Shown here: one piece after another, positions 52,401-64,000 of the stretch
Numbering within the stretch: the first letter of the stretch is position 1
How the letters are laid out: every line of letters begins with the position of its first letter
Source: Eledone cirrhosa
Lineage: Eukaryota
Length of the DNA stretch: 64,000 bases
Direction of reading: 5' to 3'
NCBI GenBank assembly: GCA_964016885.1
Contig: OZ024740.1
Span: 206,646,001-206,710,000 of the forward strand
Translations under genes and position numbers: made by a program
The notes under the pieces: model-generated
Database searches by the model: none
Seen by the model: only the letters and a program-made list of their open reading frames with translations
Told to the model about the DNA's origin: nothing

Positions 52401-54012
52401 GGTGTGACTGTTGTTGTTGTTGTGGTAGTGGTAATGGTGTGACTGTTGTTGTTGTTCTGGTAGTGGTAATGGTGTGAGTGTTGTTGTTGTGGTAGTGGTA
52501 ATGGTGTGACTGTTGTTGTTGTTGTGGTAGTGGTAGTAGTGTGACTGTTGTAGTTGTTGTGGTGGTAGTGGTTATGGTGTGACTGTTGTTGTTGTTGTGG
52601 TAGTGGTAACGGTGTGACTGTTGTTGTTGTTGTGGTAGTGGTAATGGTGTGACTGTTGTTGTTGTGGTGGTAGTGGTAGTGGTGTGACTGTTGTTGTTGT
52701 TGTTGTGGTAGTGGTAATGGTGTGACTGTTGTAGCTGTTGTGGTGGTAGTGGTAATGGTGTGACTGTTGTTGTTGTTGTGGGAGTGGTAGTGGTGTGACT
52801 GTTGTTGTTGTTGTGGTAGTGGTATTGGTGTGACTGTTGTTGTTGTTGTGGTAGTGGTAGTGGTAGTGGTGTGACTGTTGTAGTTGTTGTGGTGGTAGTG
52901 GTAATGGTGTGACTGTTGTTGTAGTTGTGGTAGTGGTAACGGTGTGACTGTTGTTGTTGTTGTGGTAGTGGTATTGGTGTGACTGTTGTTGTTGTTGTGG
53001 TAGTGGTAGTGGTGTGACTGTTGTAGTTGTTGTGGTGGTAGTGGTAGTGGTGTGACTGTTGTTGTTGTTGTGGTAGTGGTAACGGTGTGACTGTTGTTGT
53101 TGTTGTGGTAGTGGTATTGGTGTTACTGTTGTGGTAGTGGTAGTGGTAATGGTGTGACTGTTGTTGTTGTTGTGGTAGTAGTGGTAATGGTGTGACTGTT
53201 GTTGTTGTGGTGGTAGTGGTAATAGTGTGACTGTTGTAGTTGTTGTGGTGGTAGTGGTAATGGTGTGACTGTTGTTGTTGTGGTGGTAGTGGTAATGGTG
53301 TGACTGTTGTTGTTGTTGTGGTAGTGGTAATGGTGTGACTGTTGTTGTTGTTGTGGTAGTGGTAATGGTGTGACTGTTGTTGTTGTTGTGGTAGTGGTAA
53401 TGGTGTGACTGTTGTTGTTGTTGTGGTAGTGGTAATGGTGTGACTGTTGTTGTGGTAGTAGTGGTAATGGTGTGACTGTTGTTGTTGTGGTAGTGGTAAT
53501 GGTATGACTGTTGTTGTTGTTGTGGTAGTGGTAATGGTGTTACTGTTGTTGTTGCTGTGGTAGTGGTGTGACTGTTGTTGTTGTGGTGGTGGTAGTGGTA
53601 GTGGTGTGGCTGTTGTTGTTGTTGTTGTAGTGGTAATGGTGTGACTGTTGTTGTTGTGGTGGTAGTGGTAATGGTGTGACTGTTGTTGTTGTGGTGGTAG
53701 TGGTAATGGTGTTACTGTTGATGTTGTTGTGGTGGTAGTGGTAATGGTGTGACTGTTGTTGTTGTTGTGGTAGTGGTAATGGTGTGACTGTTGTTGTTGT
53801 TGTGGTAGTGGTAGTGGTGTGACTGTTGTTGTTGTGGTAGTGGTAATGGTGTTACTGTTGTTGTTGTGGTAGTGGTAGTGGTAATGGTGTGACTGTTGTT
53901 GTTGTTGTGGTAGTGGTAATGGTGTGACTGTTGTTGTTGTTGTTGTGGTAGTGCTAGTGGTAATGGTGTGACCGTTGTTGTTGTGGTGGTAGTGGTAATG
54001 GTGTGACTGTTG
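49471..54012. repeat. ~35-bp minisatellite (ggtagtggtaatggtgtgactgttgttgttgttgt; 32-38 bp variants) with a 1216-bp block duplication
   Basis: Rare variants recur at offset 1216: agagg at 49855/51071 and gatgtt at 49940/51156. Confidence 0.97.
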
Positions 54013-54321
54013 TTTGTGCAGCTACTGCACCCATATCACTTGTTAACTGCTGCAATACATCGCAAAAAGATAAAGTATTCGTAATTTTTTAGTATAAATG
54101 TTACTAAAATTACTATCAGTGATAGGTGGAAAATGTCAGCCCAAGAAGAAAACTACCGCTTATCTTATTGTGTTGTGGATTCTTTTGGCATTTCCCCCAA
54201 GAAATATGTTTGCTTCATATTTTTATGTTTATATATATTTTAGACGAATTTACTGTCAGAAAGTTTTCATACACCAGATTTTGGCAATTTGGAAATATTG
54301 GTTTGATCAATGTTATATATA

Positions 54322-54450
54322 TGTGAAGGAGTGTGACCTGGTAGTCTAGGTGTTTGACTTCCGATCATAATAAGGTCATGGGTTCGATATTGGGACCAGA
54401 CAGAGGGCTGTGTTCTAGCGCAAAAATACTTTATTTCACATTGCCCCTTC
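54322..54450 (+). mobile_element. CORE-like tRNA SINE, truncated next to a MITE
   Basis: gggttcgat B box and aaaatactttatttcacattgc core, as at 19011 and 55857. Confidence 0.6.
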
Positions 54451-54459
54451 TGCAAAGAG

Positions 54460-54625
54460 CAGTACCGGATTTACCATTGTGCTTAGGTGTGCTTAAGCAC
54501 AGGGCCTCACTGGCCAGGCGAGCCCACCTTCCTGACAACATTTTTTTTTACCTCCTTCAGATCCCAAGTAAAGGGCCTCATAACGTAACTAGCACAGGAC
54601 CTCATTTGTCCTAAATCCGGCACTG
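54460..54625. mobile_element. hAT-like MITE
   Basis: TIRs CAGTACCGGATTTA / TAAATCCGGCACTG. The 8-bp flanks gcaaagag / gctaggag match at 6 of 8 positions. Confidence 0.8.
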
Positions 54626-55089
54626 GCTAGGAGTGGTCAAGGCTGATAGTATCAGAAATCTAAAGACCAATGGAAACATTGTCTCCTTGGTCCTATCCGA
54701 TGACCATCACCTTTCCTTTCTTAGTGTTATATCAGTTAACTTGTAATAGAGTATAGTCTCTTAGTGTCAATCTTTACCCCTCTCTCTCTTTCTTCTTTCT
54801 GCGTGTGTCTCGTAATTTCTTTTTATGAAAATAAATGTTTATTCTCAATACATGTGTTTCACTCACAAAGTTGGCTTAAAAACAACTGATGATTACATAA
54901 AATATGAAAGAGAAAGATAAAAACAAAGTAATGAGAAAAAGTGGAAGGAGTAACGAAGAGCAGATCAGTCTGTATGGGAAAGTAGAGGATAGGACTATAA
55001 ATGCCATAAATGAGAGAAAAAGGAGGGAAAAAGAAAGAACTCTTGAGTCACAGAAGAAAGGGAGGGGAAGTTAGAGCTTAACGGGTTCT

Positions 55090-55350
55090 GGGCCTAGGGC
55101 GGGTCGGTGTTTGGGTTGCGCCCCGCGGACAAAACTGCAAAGACATTTCTGCGGATAATGACCAACGACATCCGCTGCAACAGCCACCCCACCCCAAGGA
55201 GCTCCTTCCTTAAAGGGGCTACTGACATTCCCATTTTATGGAGGAGCTCGGCAGTATGGGGTCCGAGGATGCCAGGGGTCTCGACGGCGACCGGTACGAA
55301 GAGGAAGCGGCTGGACAAGCCCCAGTATTTGTTTGTCTTCGTGTCTTATT
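55090..55350 (-). mobile_element. CRE-clade RLE C-terminal fragment
   Basis: KY.GLSSRFLFVPVAVETPGILGP...WLLQRMSLVIIRRNVFAVL. Confidence 0.75.
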
Positions 55351-55354
55351 ATTT

Positions 55355-55520
55355 TTAATTTTGGCACAAAATCAGCAATTTGATAGGGAGGGGAAGTCAA
55401 TTACATCGACCCCAGTACTTGACTGGTACTTTATTTTATCGATCCCGGTTGAAAGGCAAAGTTGACCTCGGCGGGATTTGAATTCAGAACATAACGAGCC
55501 AGAACAACTGCCGCAAAATT
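55355..55520 (-). mobile_element. SINE family A, reverse orientation
   Basis: Reverse complement of family A. Confidence 0.75.
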
Positions 55521-55856
55521 TCCCAACAAAATTTCAAGTGAAGTAACATCATGAAATACTTTTGCTCAAAGGAGTCCCCCAGTAGTGTATAGCTCCCACA
55601 TCTTGGATGTGGGAGCTGTTACACTGCACAGAGATCCTAGGCCCCATCCAGAGAAGGTAACCCGATTGATTGACGTAAAGTCACCCACTGACACACTCTT
55701 AGCTCAGATTCACAGATGGACTCTCTCTACCCACTTCAATAGTTTCTGTTCCTTGGAGCTGGGTTTTCTCGTGTCACTTCCACTCAGGGACTGTCAACTG
55801 ACTCGTTTTTTCTCCTCTCACTATTCATATTGAGTCCAGCCGTTCAGCTCCCATCG

Positions 55857-56150
55857 TGGAGGTACGCGGCCTGGTGGTAAGGGTGTTGGACTTACGACCA
55901 TAATGTCGTGGGTTCGATTCCTGGGCTGGGTTACGTGTTGTGTTCTTGAGCAAAACACTTCATTTCACATTGGTCCAATGTATTCAGCTGAAAATGAGTA
56001 CCAGCAATAGCTGGGTGTTTAACCCTGCGATGGACTGGCATCCTGTCCATGTGTGAGGGTAGAGTCGTGTTCTCTCAGTCGCTTCACGGCATGACACCGG
56101 GATAAGCAACGGCCTAAAGAGCCTTCTGGCTTGAGACAGACTTGAGACTT
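55857..56150 (+). mobile_element. Near full-length tRNA-derived SINE (CORE-like plus a ccctgcgatggactggcatcctgtcc domain)
   Basis: A box ggcctggtgg, B box ggttcgattcc and gagact tail repeats. An inverted tail fragment lies at 56641-56688. Confidence 0.8.
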
Positions 56151-56429
56151 AGACCTTCAGCTCCAATACTAACCACTAAGCCCAGTCTTTTCTCTCCTCC
56201 TCATATTGGCCCACTGAACTTCCCTCTTTGCACATGTGTTTCTTGCGGCTGTTGATATGCAACAGTTTAAACAGAACGTTAACAGCCTTAATCTCACCGG
56301 TTTCGGAAGCCCTATTGGTGTCTCAGACAGCCTTCTTCTCCCCCCACCTTCTACCCTTCTCTTCCTCCTTCTTCTCCTCCTTCTCCTCCTCTTCCTCACC
56401 AAACCAATAAAAATTATACACCCATGATA

Positions 56430-57300
56430 TTGCTCTACACTTCCTCAACAATTCTAGAAAGACTAATCCTCAACATCACAAGCGAATACACCCACCTCTC
56501 TAAATTACGAAACAGATTCAGACCACTATACTCAACCTCTATACTCAGCCACTACACTTAGACCACCACACTCAACCACTACATTCCACCACTACATCAA
56601 CCACTACACTCAACCACTCTAAAAAAAAAAATCTAAAATCTGTCTCGAGCCCTGAGGGTCATTAGGCCGGTGCTTATCCCGGTTTCCACTACACTTTAAA
56701 ACCTCATACAAAAATTCAGGATGTCTTAAAAAAACCCTAACAAACAAAAACAAAAACAAAAACAACAATAAAAAGAAACCCTTCCATACGTACCAATCTA
56801 ACTGCTATCAACATCAACTAAACTTTTGGCTCCATTCCTCGCTATCTTCACATACAAAATAAATAAATAAATAAGTAAATAAATATAGAAAAAATCACCT
56901 GAAGAAATCACACAAAACACTGGTTAGTGAATCACCTGACTGACCTGTTAAGGTTATGTAATGCACAGAACCAGCAATTTCCCTGAAAAAAAGTAACACA
57001 CATGTCTGTCTTCTCACTCGGTCTTTTCAACTTATACCTACACAACCTTCTCACACCCCCACAATATATACAGACAGTCTGAAATACAAAAATCTCTCCT
57101 ACTTAACCCAGACAAGCATAAGGAACACATACAACCATAGAAATAGTTGCAACACCAATGTCCTCTCTGACCCCAAACACCGTGTTTTAACACACACCAC
57201 CAACACTAACTGCAGAGGAACAGGCCTATAGAAATATATTCAACTGTAGAAACAGTGCAATATGTCAAGACTGTGACACTGAAGCCCATACGGTTCACTC
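56430..57300 (+). mobile_element. Highly decayed LINE RT region (I/Jockey-like)
   Basis: TILERLILNI...RFRP..HST, ...LTAINI..TFGSIPR resemble K.LERL / GFRP.HST / AIDISKAFD.VP motifs. Many disruptions. Confidence 0.4.
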
Positions 57301-57315
57301 CTTCATGAATCTATG

Positions 57316-57609
57316 CAGGTTTTCGATTTAGATCTGTGGGGAGTAGGGTACGTCAGGTTTAGGGAACCCCTAAAAAATTAGAATACACAGCAACCGCCAC
57401 CAATTTTACATATCAAAGTTAGCTTGGTGCAAGTAATTGGAATTAAAAAGTTATACATACAGGTATTACATTAAAAAATTCTAACCATCCTAAAAGTAAA
57501 AAGCCCAGCTGAAGGTACAAATATATTGCTACGGCCATCGCTGGTGGGGCCCCCCATTGCAGGTGTCCCGGGGCAATGACCCCTTTGCCTCCCATTAAAT
57601 CCGGTCCTG
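57316..57609 (-). mobile_element. hAT-like MITE family E, copy 2
   Basis: Reverse complement of 35693-35968, ending TAAATCCGGTCCTG. Confidence 0.75.
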
Positions 57610-57984
57610 ATCGTAGGCAGAGACGTGGCACAATCGAGGAAACGGATTTGTGGGCTACACTTCGTCGTTCGGTTGATTCCCTACGTGACTGCTCGACCAG
57701 GGCTGATCCGGGGATACACAACAACAGCATATAATATATATTAGCAACAGATTTCAATTTAAGTAAGTTAGCTTCAGTATTTTGGCACAGTAGCATGTTT
57801 GGATATGTGATTCAACGTGAACAAAATAAATGTTAGTTTTCAAGACACCATTAACTAAAGGCATTTTGCAGCATTTCAAGACCGAAAGGTTAAGCGTAGG
57901 AGGAATTACGTAAATCAAATATAGGAAATCATTCCAGAACATAAAATCTTACGTTTGCTAACTACCTTACATTCAGAACAATTA

Positions 57985-60900
57985 GCCATATCCTAAACAA
58001 GCTTTACTGCTGTGTAAAGGTGAACTAGATGTAGTTTTATATCTAACTCACCCTAAATAAGTTTTACTACTGTATAAAGGTGAACTAGATGTAGTTTTGT
58101 ATCTAACTCATTCTAAACAAACTTTACTACTTCCTAGCGTATCCCTCACCATCCTTCGGGGAAACGCCTTCTCTATTCTGTCCGCCGGGGCCGCGGGGCG
58201 ACCAGCAGGTGGACCTCCATTTGCTCATAATAATGAGATATGGGGAGAGCGGGAGAGATGGAGGCGTTGACAGAGGGAGTTTGGTTCCTCTGTGTTCGGA
58301 TCTGGTGTACATGTGTGTGTGGCTGATTTAAAAGTATTTTTTCCCTTTTATATATCTGTTTAAACAAATAAATATTAGCCAAGGTGAACCAGATGTAGTT
58401 TTATGTCTAACTCATTCTAAACAAGCTTTACTACTGTATAAAGGTAAACTAGATGTAGTTTTATATCTAACTCATTCTAAACAAGCTTTACTACTGTATA
58501 AAGGTGAACCAGATGTAGTTTTATGTCTAACTCATCCTAAACAAGCTTTACTACTATATAAAGGTAAACTAGATGTAGTTTTATGTCTAACTCATTCTAA
58601 ACAAGCTTTACTACTGTATAAAGGTGAACCAGATGTAGTTTTATGTCTAACTCATCCTAAACAAACTTTACTACTATATAAAGGTAAACTAGATGTAGTT
58701 TTATGTCTAACTCATCCTAAACAAGCTTTACTACTGTATAAAGGTGAACCAGATGTAGTTTTATGTCTAACTCATCCTAAACAAGCTTTACTACTATATA
58801 AAGGTAAACTAGATGTAGTTTTATGTCTAACTCATTCTAAACAAGCTTTACTACTGTATAAAGGTAAACTAGATGTAGTTTTATGTCTAACTCATTCTAA
58901 ACAAGCTTTACTACTGTATAAAGGTAAACTAGATGTAGTTTTATGTCTAACTCATTCTAAACAAGCTTTACTACTGTATAAAGGTAAACTAGATGTAGTT
59001 TTATGTCTAACTCATTCTAAACAAGCTTTACTACTGTATAAAGGTAAACTAGATGTAGTTTTATGTCTAACTCATTCTAAACAAGCTTTACTACTGTATA
59101 AAGGTAAACTAGATGTAGTTTTATGTCTAACTCATCCTAAACAAGCTTTACTACTGTATAAAGGTAAACTAGATGTAGTTTTATGTTTAACTCATTCTAA
59201 ACAAGCTTTACTACTGTATAAAGGTAAACTAGATGTAGTTTTATGTCTAACTCATTCTAAACAAGCTTTACTACTGTATAAAGGTAAACTAGATGTAGTT
59301 TTATGTCTAACTCATCCTAAACAAGCTTTACTACTGTATAAAGGTAAACTAGATGTAGTTTTATGTCTAACTCATCCTAAACAAGCTTTACTACTGTATA
59401 AAGGTAAACTAGATGTAGTTTTATGTCTAACTCATTCTAAACAAGCTTTACTACTGTATAAAGGTAAACTAGATGTAGTTTTATGTCTAACTCATTCTAA
59501 ACAAGCTTTACTACTGTATAAAGGTAAACTAGATGTAGTTTTATGTCTAACTCATTCTAAACAAGCTTTACTACTGTATAAAGGTAAACTAGATGTAGTT
59601 TTATGTCTAACTCATTCTAAACAAGCTTTACTACTGTATAAAGGTAAACTAGATGTAGTTTTATGTCTAACTCATTCTAAACAAGCTTTACTACTGTATA
59701 AAGGTAAACTAGATGTAGTTTTATGTCTAACTCATTCTAAACAAGCTTTACTACTGTATAAAGGTAAACTAGATGTAGTTTTATGTCTAACTCATTCTAA
59801 ACAAGCTTTACTACTGTATAAAGGTAAACTAGATGTAGTTTTATGTCTAACTCATCCTAAACAAGCTTTACTACTGTATAAAGGTAAACTAGATGTAGTT
59901 TTATGTTTAACTCATTCTAAACAAGCTTTACTACTGTATAAAGGTAAACTAGATGTAGTTTTATGTCTAACTCATTCTAAACAAGCTTTACTACTGTATA
60001 AAGGTAAACTAAATGTAGTTTTATGTCTAACTCATCCTAAACAAGCTTTACTACTGTATAAAGGTAAACTAGATGTAGTTTTATGTCTAACTCATCCTAA
60101 ACAAGCTTTACTACTGTATAAAGGTAAACTAGATGTAGTTTTATGTCTAACTCATCCTAAACAAGCTTTACTACTGTATAAAGGTAAACTAGATGTAGTT
60201 TTATGTCTAACTCATTCTAAACAAGCTTTACTACTGTATAAAGGTGAACTAGATGTAGTTTTATGTCTAACTCATTCTAAACAAGCTTTACTACTGTATA
60301 AAGGTAAACTAGATGTAGTTTTATGTCTAACTCATCCTAAACAAGCTTTACTACTGTATAAAGGTAAACTAGATGTAGTTTTATGTCTAACTCATTCTAA
60401 ACAAGCTTTACTACTGTATAAAGGTGAACCAGATGTAGTTTTATGTCTAACTCATCCTAAACAAACTTTACTACTATATAAAGGTAAACTAGATGTAGTT
60501 TTATGTCTAACTCATCCTAAACAAGCTTTACTACTATATAAAGGTAAACTAGATGTAGTTTTATGTCTAACTCATTCTAAACAAGCTTTACTACTGTATA
60601 AAGGTAAACTAGATGTAGTTTTATGTCTAACTCATTCTAAACAAGCTTTACTACTGTATAAAGGTAAACTAGATGTAGTTTTATGTCTAACTCATTCTAA
60701 ACAAGCTTTACTACTGTATAAAGGTAAACTAGATGTAGTTTTATGTCTAACTCATTCTAAACAAGCTTTACTACTGTATAAAGGTAAACTAGATGTAGTT
60801 TTATGTCTAACTCATTCTAAACAAGCTTTACTACTGTATAAAGGTAAACTAGATGTAGTTTTATGTCTAACTCATCCTAAACAAGCTTTACTACTGTATA

Positions 60901-62568
60901 AAGGTAAACTAGATGTAGTTTTATGTTTAACTCATTCTAAACAAGCTTTACTACTGTATAAAGGTAAACTAGATGTAGTTTTATGTCTAACTCATTCTAA
61001 ACAAGCTTTACTACTGTATAAAGGTAAACTAGATGTAGTTTTATGTCTAACTCATTCTAAACAAGCTTTACTACTGTATAAAGGTAAACTAGATGTAGTT
61101 TTATGTCTAACTCATCCTAAACAAGCTTTACTACTGTATAAAGGTAAACTAGATGTAGTTTTATGTTTAACTCATTCTAAACAAGCTTTACTACTGTATA
61201 AAGGTAAACTAGATGTAGTTTTATGTCTAACTCATTCTAAACAAGCTTTACTACTGTATAAAGGTAAACTAGATGTAGTTTTATGTCTAACTCATTCTAA
61301 ACAAGCTTTATTACTGTATAAAGGTAAACTAGATGTAGTTTTATGTCTAACTCATCCTAAACAAGCTTTACTACTGTATAAAGGTAAACTAGATGTAGTT
61401 TTATGTTTAACTCATTCTAAACAAGCTTTACTACTGTATAAAGGTAAACTAGATGTAGTTTTATGTCTAACTCATTCTAAACAAGCTTTACTACTGTATA
61501 AAGGTAAACTAGATGTAGTTTTATGTCTAACTCATTCTAAACAAGCTTCACTACTGTATAAAGGTAAACTAGATGTAGTTTTATGTCTAACTCATTCTAA
61601 ACAAGCTTTACTACTGTATAAAGGTAAACTAGATGTAGTTTTATGTCTAACTCATCCTAAACAAGCTTTACTACTGTATAAAGGTAAACTAGATGTAGTT
61701 TTATGTCTAACTCATTCTAAACAAGCTTTACTACTGTATAAAGGTAAACTAGATGTAATTTTATGTCTAACTCATTCTAAACAAGCTTTACTACTGTATA
61801 AAGGTAAACTAGATGTAGTTTTATGTCTAACTCATTCTAAACAAGCTTTACTACTGTATAAAGGTAAACTAGATGTAGTTTTATGTCTAACTCATTCTAA
61901 ACAAGCTTTACTACTGTATAAAGGTAAACTAGATGTAGTTTTATGTCTAACCCATTCTAAACAAGCTTTACTACTGTATAAAGGTAAACTAGATGTAGTT
62001 TTATGTCTAACTCATTCTAAACAAGCTTTACTACTGTATAAAGGTAAACTAGATGTAGTTTTATGTCTAACTCATTCTAAACAAGCTTTACTACTGTATA
62101 AAGGTAAACTAGATGTAGTTTTATGTCTAACTCATCCTAAACAAGCTTTACTACTGTATAAAGGTAAACTAGATGTAGTTTTATGTCTAACTCATCCTAA
62201 ACAAGCTTTACTACTGTATAAAGGTAAACTAGATGTAGTTTTATGTCTAACTCATTCTAAACAAGCTTTACTACTGTATAAAGGTAAACTAGATGTAGTT
62301 TTATGTCTAACTCATTCTAAACAAGCTTTACTACTATATAAAGGTAAACTAGATGTAGTTTTATGTTGAACTCATCCTAAACAAGCTTTACTACTGTATA
62401 AAGGTAAACTAGATGTAGTTTTATGTCTAACTCATTCTAAACAAGCTTTACTACTGTATAAAGGTAAACTAGATGTAGTTTTATGTCTAACTCATTCTAA
62501 ACAAGCTTTACTACTGTATAAAGGTAAACTAGATGTAGTTTTATGTCTAACTCATTCTAAACAAGCTT
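57985..62568. repeat. 60-bp satellite: about 70 homogeneous copies (58381-62568) plus 2-3 diverged copies upstream of a CRE insertion
   Basis: Unit aaggtaaactagatgtagttttatgtctaactcattctaaacaagctttactactgtata, containing a HindIII site AAGCTT. Confidence 0.99.
58131..58380 (+). mobile_element. 5'-truncated CRE-clade 3' end inserted in the 60-bp satellite
   Basis: VSLTILRGNAFSIL and a 3' UTR homologous to 45190-45330, with AATAAA near the end. Confidence 0.8.
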
Positions 62569-62700
62569 GGACTAAACACATGGATTGCATTTTAAAGATG
62601 AGATATTCAATCCTTTACCAAAGGGATATGATGCAGTTTTGGCAAAGGGATCTATGTGAGGTTTTATAGTAATTTCGAAAGTTTTAACTGAGCTGATGTA

Positions 62701-62898
62701 TGAGGGGCGGCTGAAAAGTTCGTAGGTTGACTATGAAGGAGTAATGCTAGAGCTGCGAAGTCCTGCATGCATTGATTTCAACTTTTCTTATTAATAACTA
62801 CATTGTTTCTTTCCAGGGACTATGTTGAAAAATAAACCACATTTGGTCATTCCATGAGAGTATCTTGGTCAACCTATGAACATTTCAGCTGACCCTCG
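62701..62898. mobile_element. mariner-type MITE
   Basis: TA|TGAGGGGCGGCTGAAAAGTTCGTAGGTTGAC ... GTCAACCTATGAACATTTCAGCTGACCCTCG|TA. Confidence 0.85.
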
Positions 62899-63148
62899 TA
62901 GTGTAAAATTGTTCTTTATATCCTGAAATATGTCTTGTCATTTCCTCAGTAAACGAGAATTGAGATAGATTGAAGTGTGAGTATGGAAGATGCTTGTGTG
63001 TAATGTTACGGAGGTGTGAAGGGTAGATTAGCGGTAGAGACGAAGCAAAATAGCTTCAATGTGGATTAGAAAGTACACGAAAGACTTCTTTTCCCGGGAG
63101 CTTACCTTTTTGCACTTTGGTGTTCCGCATAATATCTTATTAATATTT

Positions 63149-63450
63149 AGCGGTTGATTGGCAGTATCAGTAGAACGTCGGACAGTATGCTTTGTAGATT
63201 AGAGTTACGGCGCTTTACGTTCTGAGTTCAAATCCCGCCGAGATTAGCTTTGCCTTTTAACCTTACAGGGTCGATAAAATAAAGTACCATTCACAAACGG
63301 GCCGATTTAATCGATTTCCCCCGCTCCCCAAATTGCTGGCCTTGTCTAAATCAGAAACCAATATTTAAGGAAAATAAAGTATTGGGGTCGATTTAATCGA
63401 ATTTCGCCTCCTCACAAATCGTTGCCTTGTGCCTAAATTAGAAACCATTA
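63149..63450 (+). mobile_element. SINE family A with duplicated tail
   Basis: Head, B box gagttcaaatccc, family A domain and two tail copies. Confidence 0.8.
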
Positions 63451-63638
63451 GTAATATTGAAAGGGGAAACGGAAGGTAATGGCTAACGAATGTCGGAATA
63501 AATGTATAGTGTTATTGAATTAGTCTTCTTACATTCTAATTTAAAAAAAACGCTGAGGTCCACTTGGTTTCTTATCCTCCATGAGATTATGAAAGGAATA
63601 TAAGCGAAGTACTTATGTCGAGTTAATAGACTCATAAC

Positions 63639-63935
63639 CAGGGTTGGATTTAGCCCTTGGAGGGACCGGGGCACTTCAGGTGGGGTGGGGGTTTGGGGCT
63701 CATACACAAAAATTAGAATACACAGCAAAACCCCAATTTACATATCAAAGTTAGCTTGGCACAAGTAAATGGAATTGAAAAGTTATACATACAGGTATTA
63801 AATTCAAAAATTCCAACCATCCTAAAACTAAAAAGCCCAACTGAGGACACAAATAAATTGCTACTGCCCCACACACACTGCAGGAAGCCCAGGGCAATTG
63901 TCACCTTTGCCTCACCCCCATTAAATCCGACCATG
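63639..63935 (-). mobile_element. hAT-like MITE family E, copy 3
   Basis: CAGGGTTGGATTTA ... TAAATCCGACCATG, with 8-bp flanks ctcataac / tccataac. Confidence 0.8.
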
Positions 63936-64000
63936 TCCATAACTATATTTCGTTTGAATAAACAGTTCTAACCCAGAAAATAAATAGAGAAAAGTCAAAA

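Noticed and set aside
55857-55930. tRNA genes here and at 19011 and 34173
   Set aside because: A and B boxes are present but there is no full cloverleaf, and each continues into a SINE body.

Overview
AT-rich, repeat-dominated animal genomic DNA. The SINE families look octopod-cephalopod-like, which is an inference from recall. I can support no intact host protein-coding gene: the long ORFs in the track are by-products of micro/minisatellites or decayed transposon fragments. About a third of the window is tandem repeat (53-, 21/24-, 43-, 53-, ~35- and 60-bp arrays plus microsatellites). The rest is dense with tRNA-derived SINEs, piggyBac/hAT/mariner MITEs, a terminally intact but internally deleted Helitron, and fragments of RTE, Tx1/L1, CRE and probably Penelope-like retroelements. 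The best candidate for an undescribed system is a young non-coding element inserted in a (TA)n tract at 15617-16366. It consists of a 153-bp near-perfect palindrome, a 512-bp monomer with an 83-bp terminal direct repeat, and a complete type I hammerhead ribozyme with unusually long stems II and III, i.e. a retrozyme or non-autonomous Penelope-like element. A miniature fold-back insertion with the same architecture sits at 21783-21897. Two large minisatellites derive from adjacent segments of one SINE/LINE-tail domain. A CpG-depleted to CpG-rich transition plus strong minus-strand splice signals suggest the left ~24 kb is the 5' (UTR/intron) part of a minus-strand gene.
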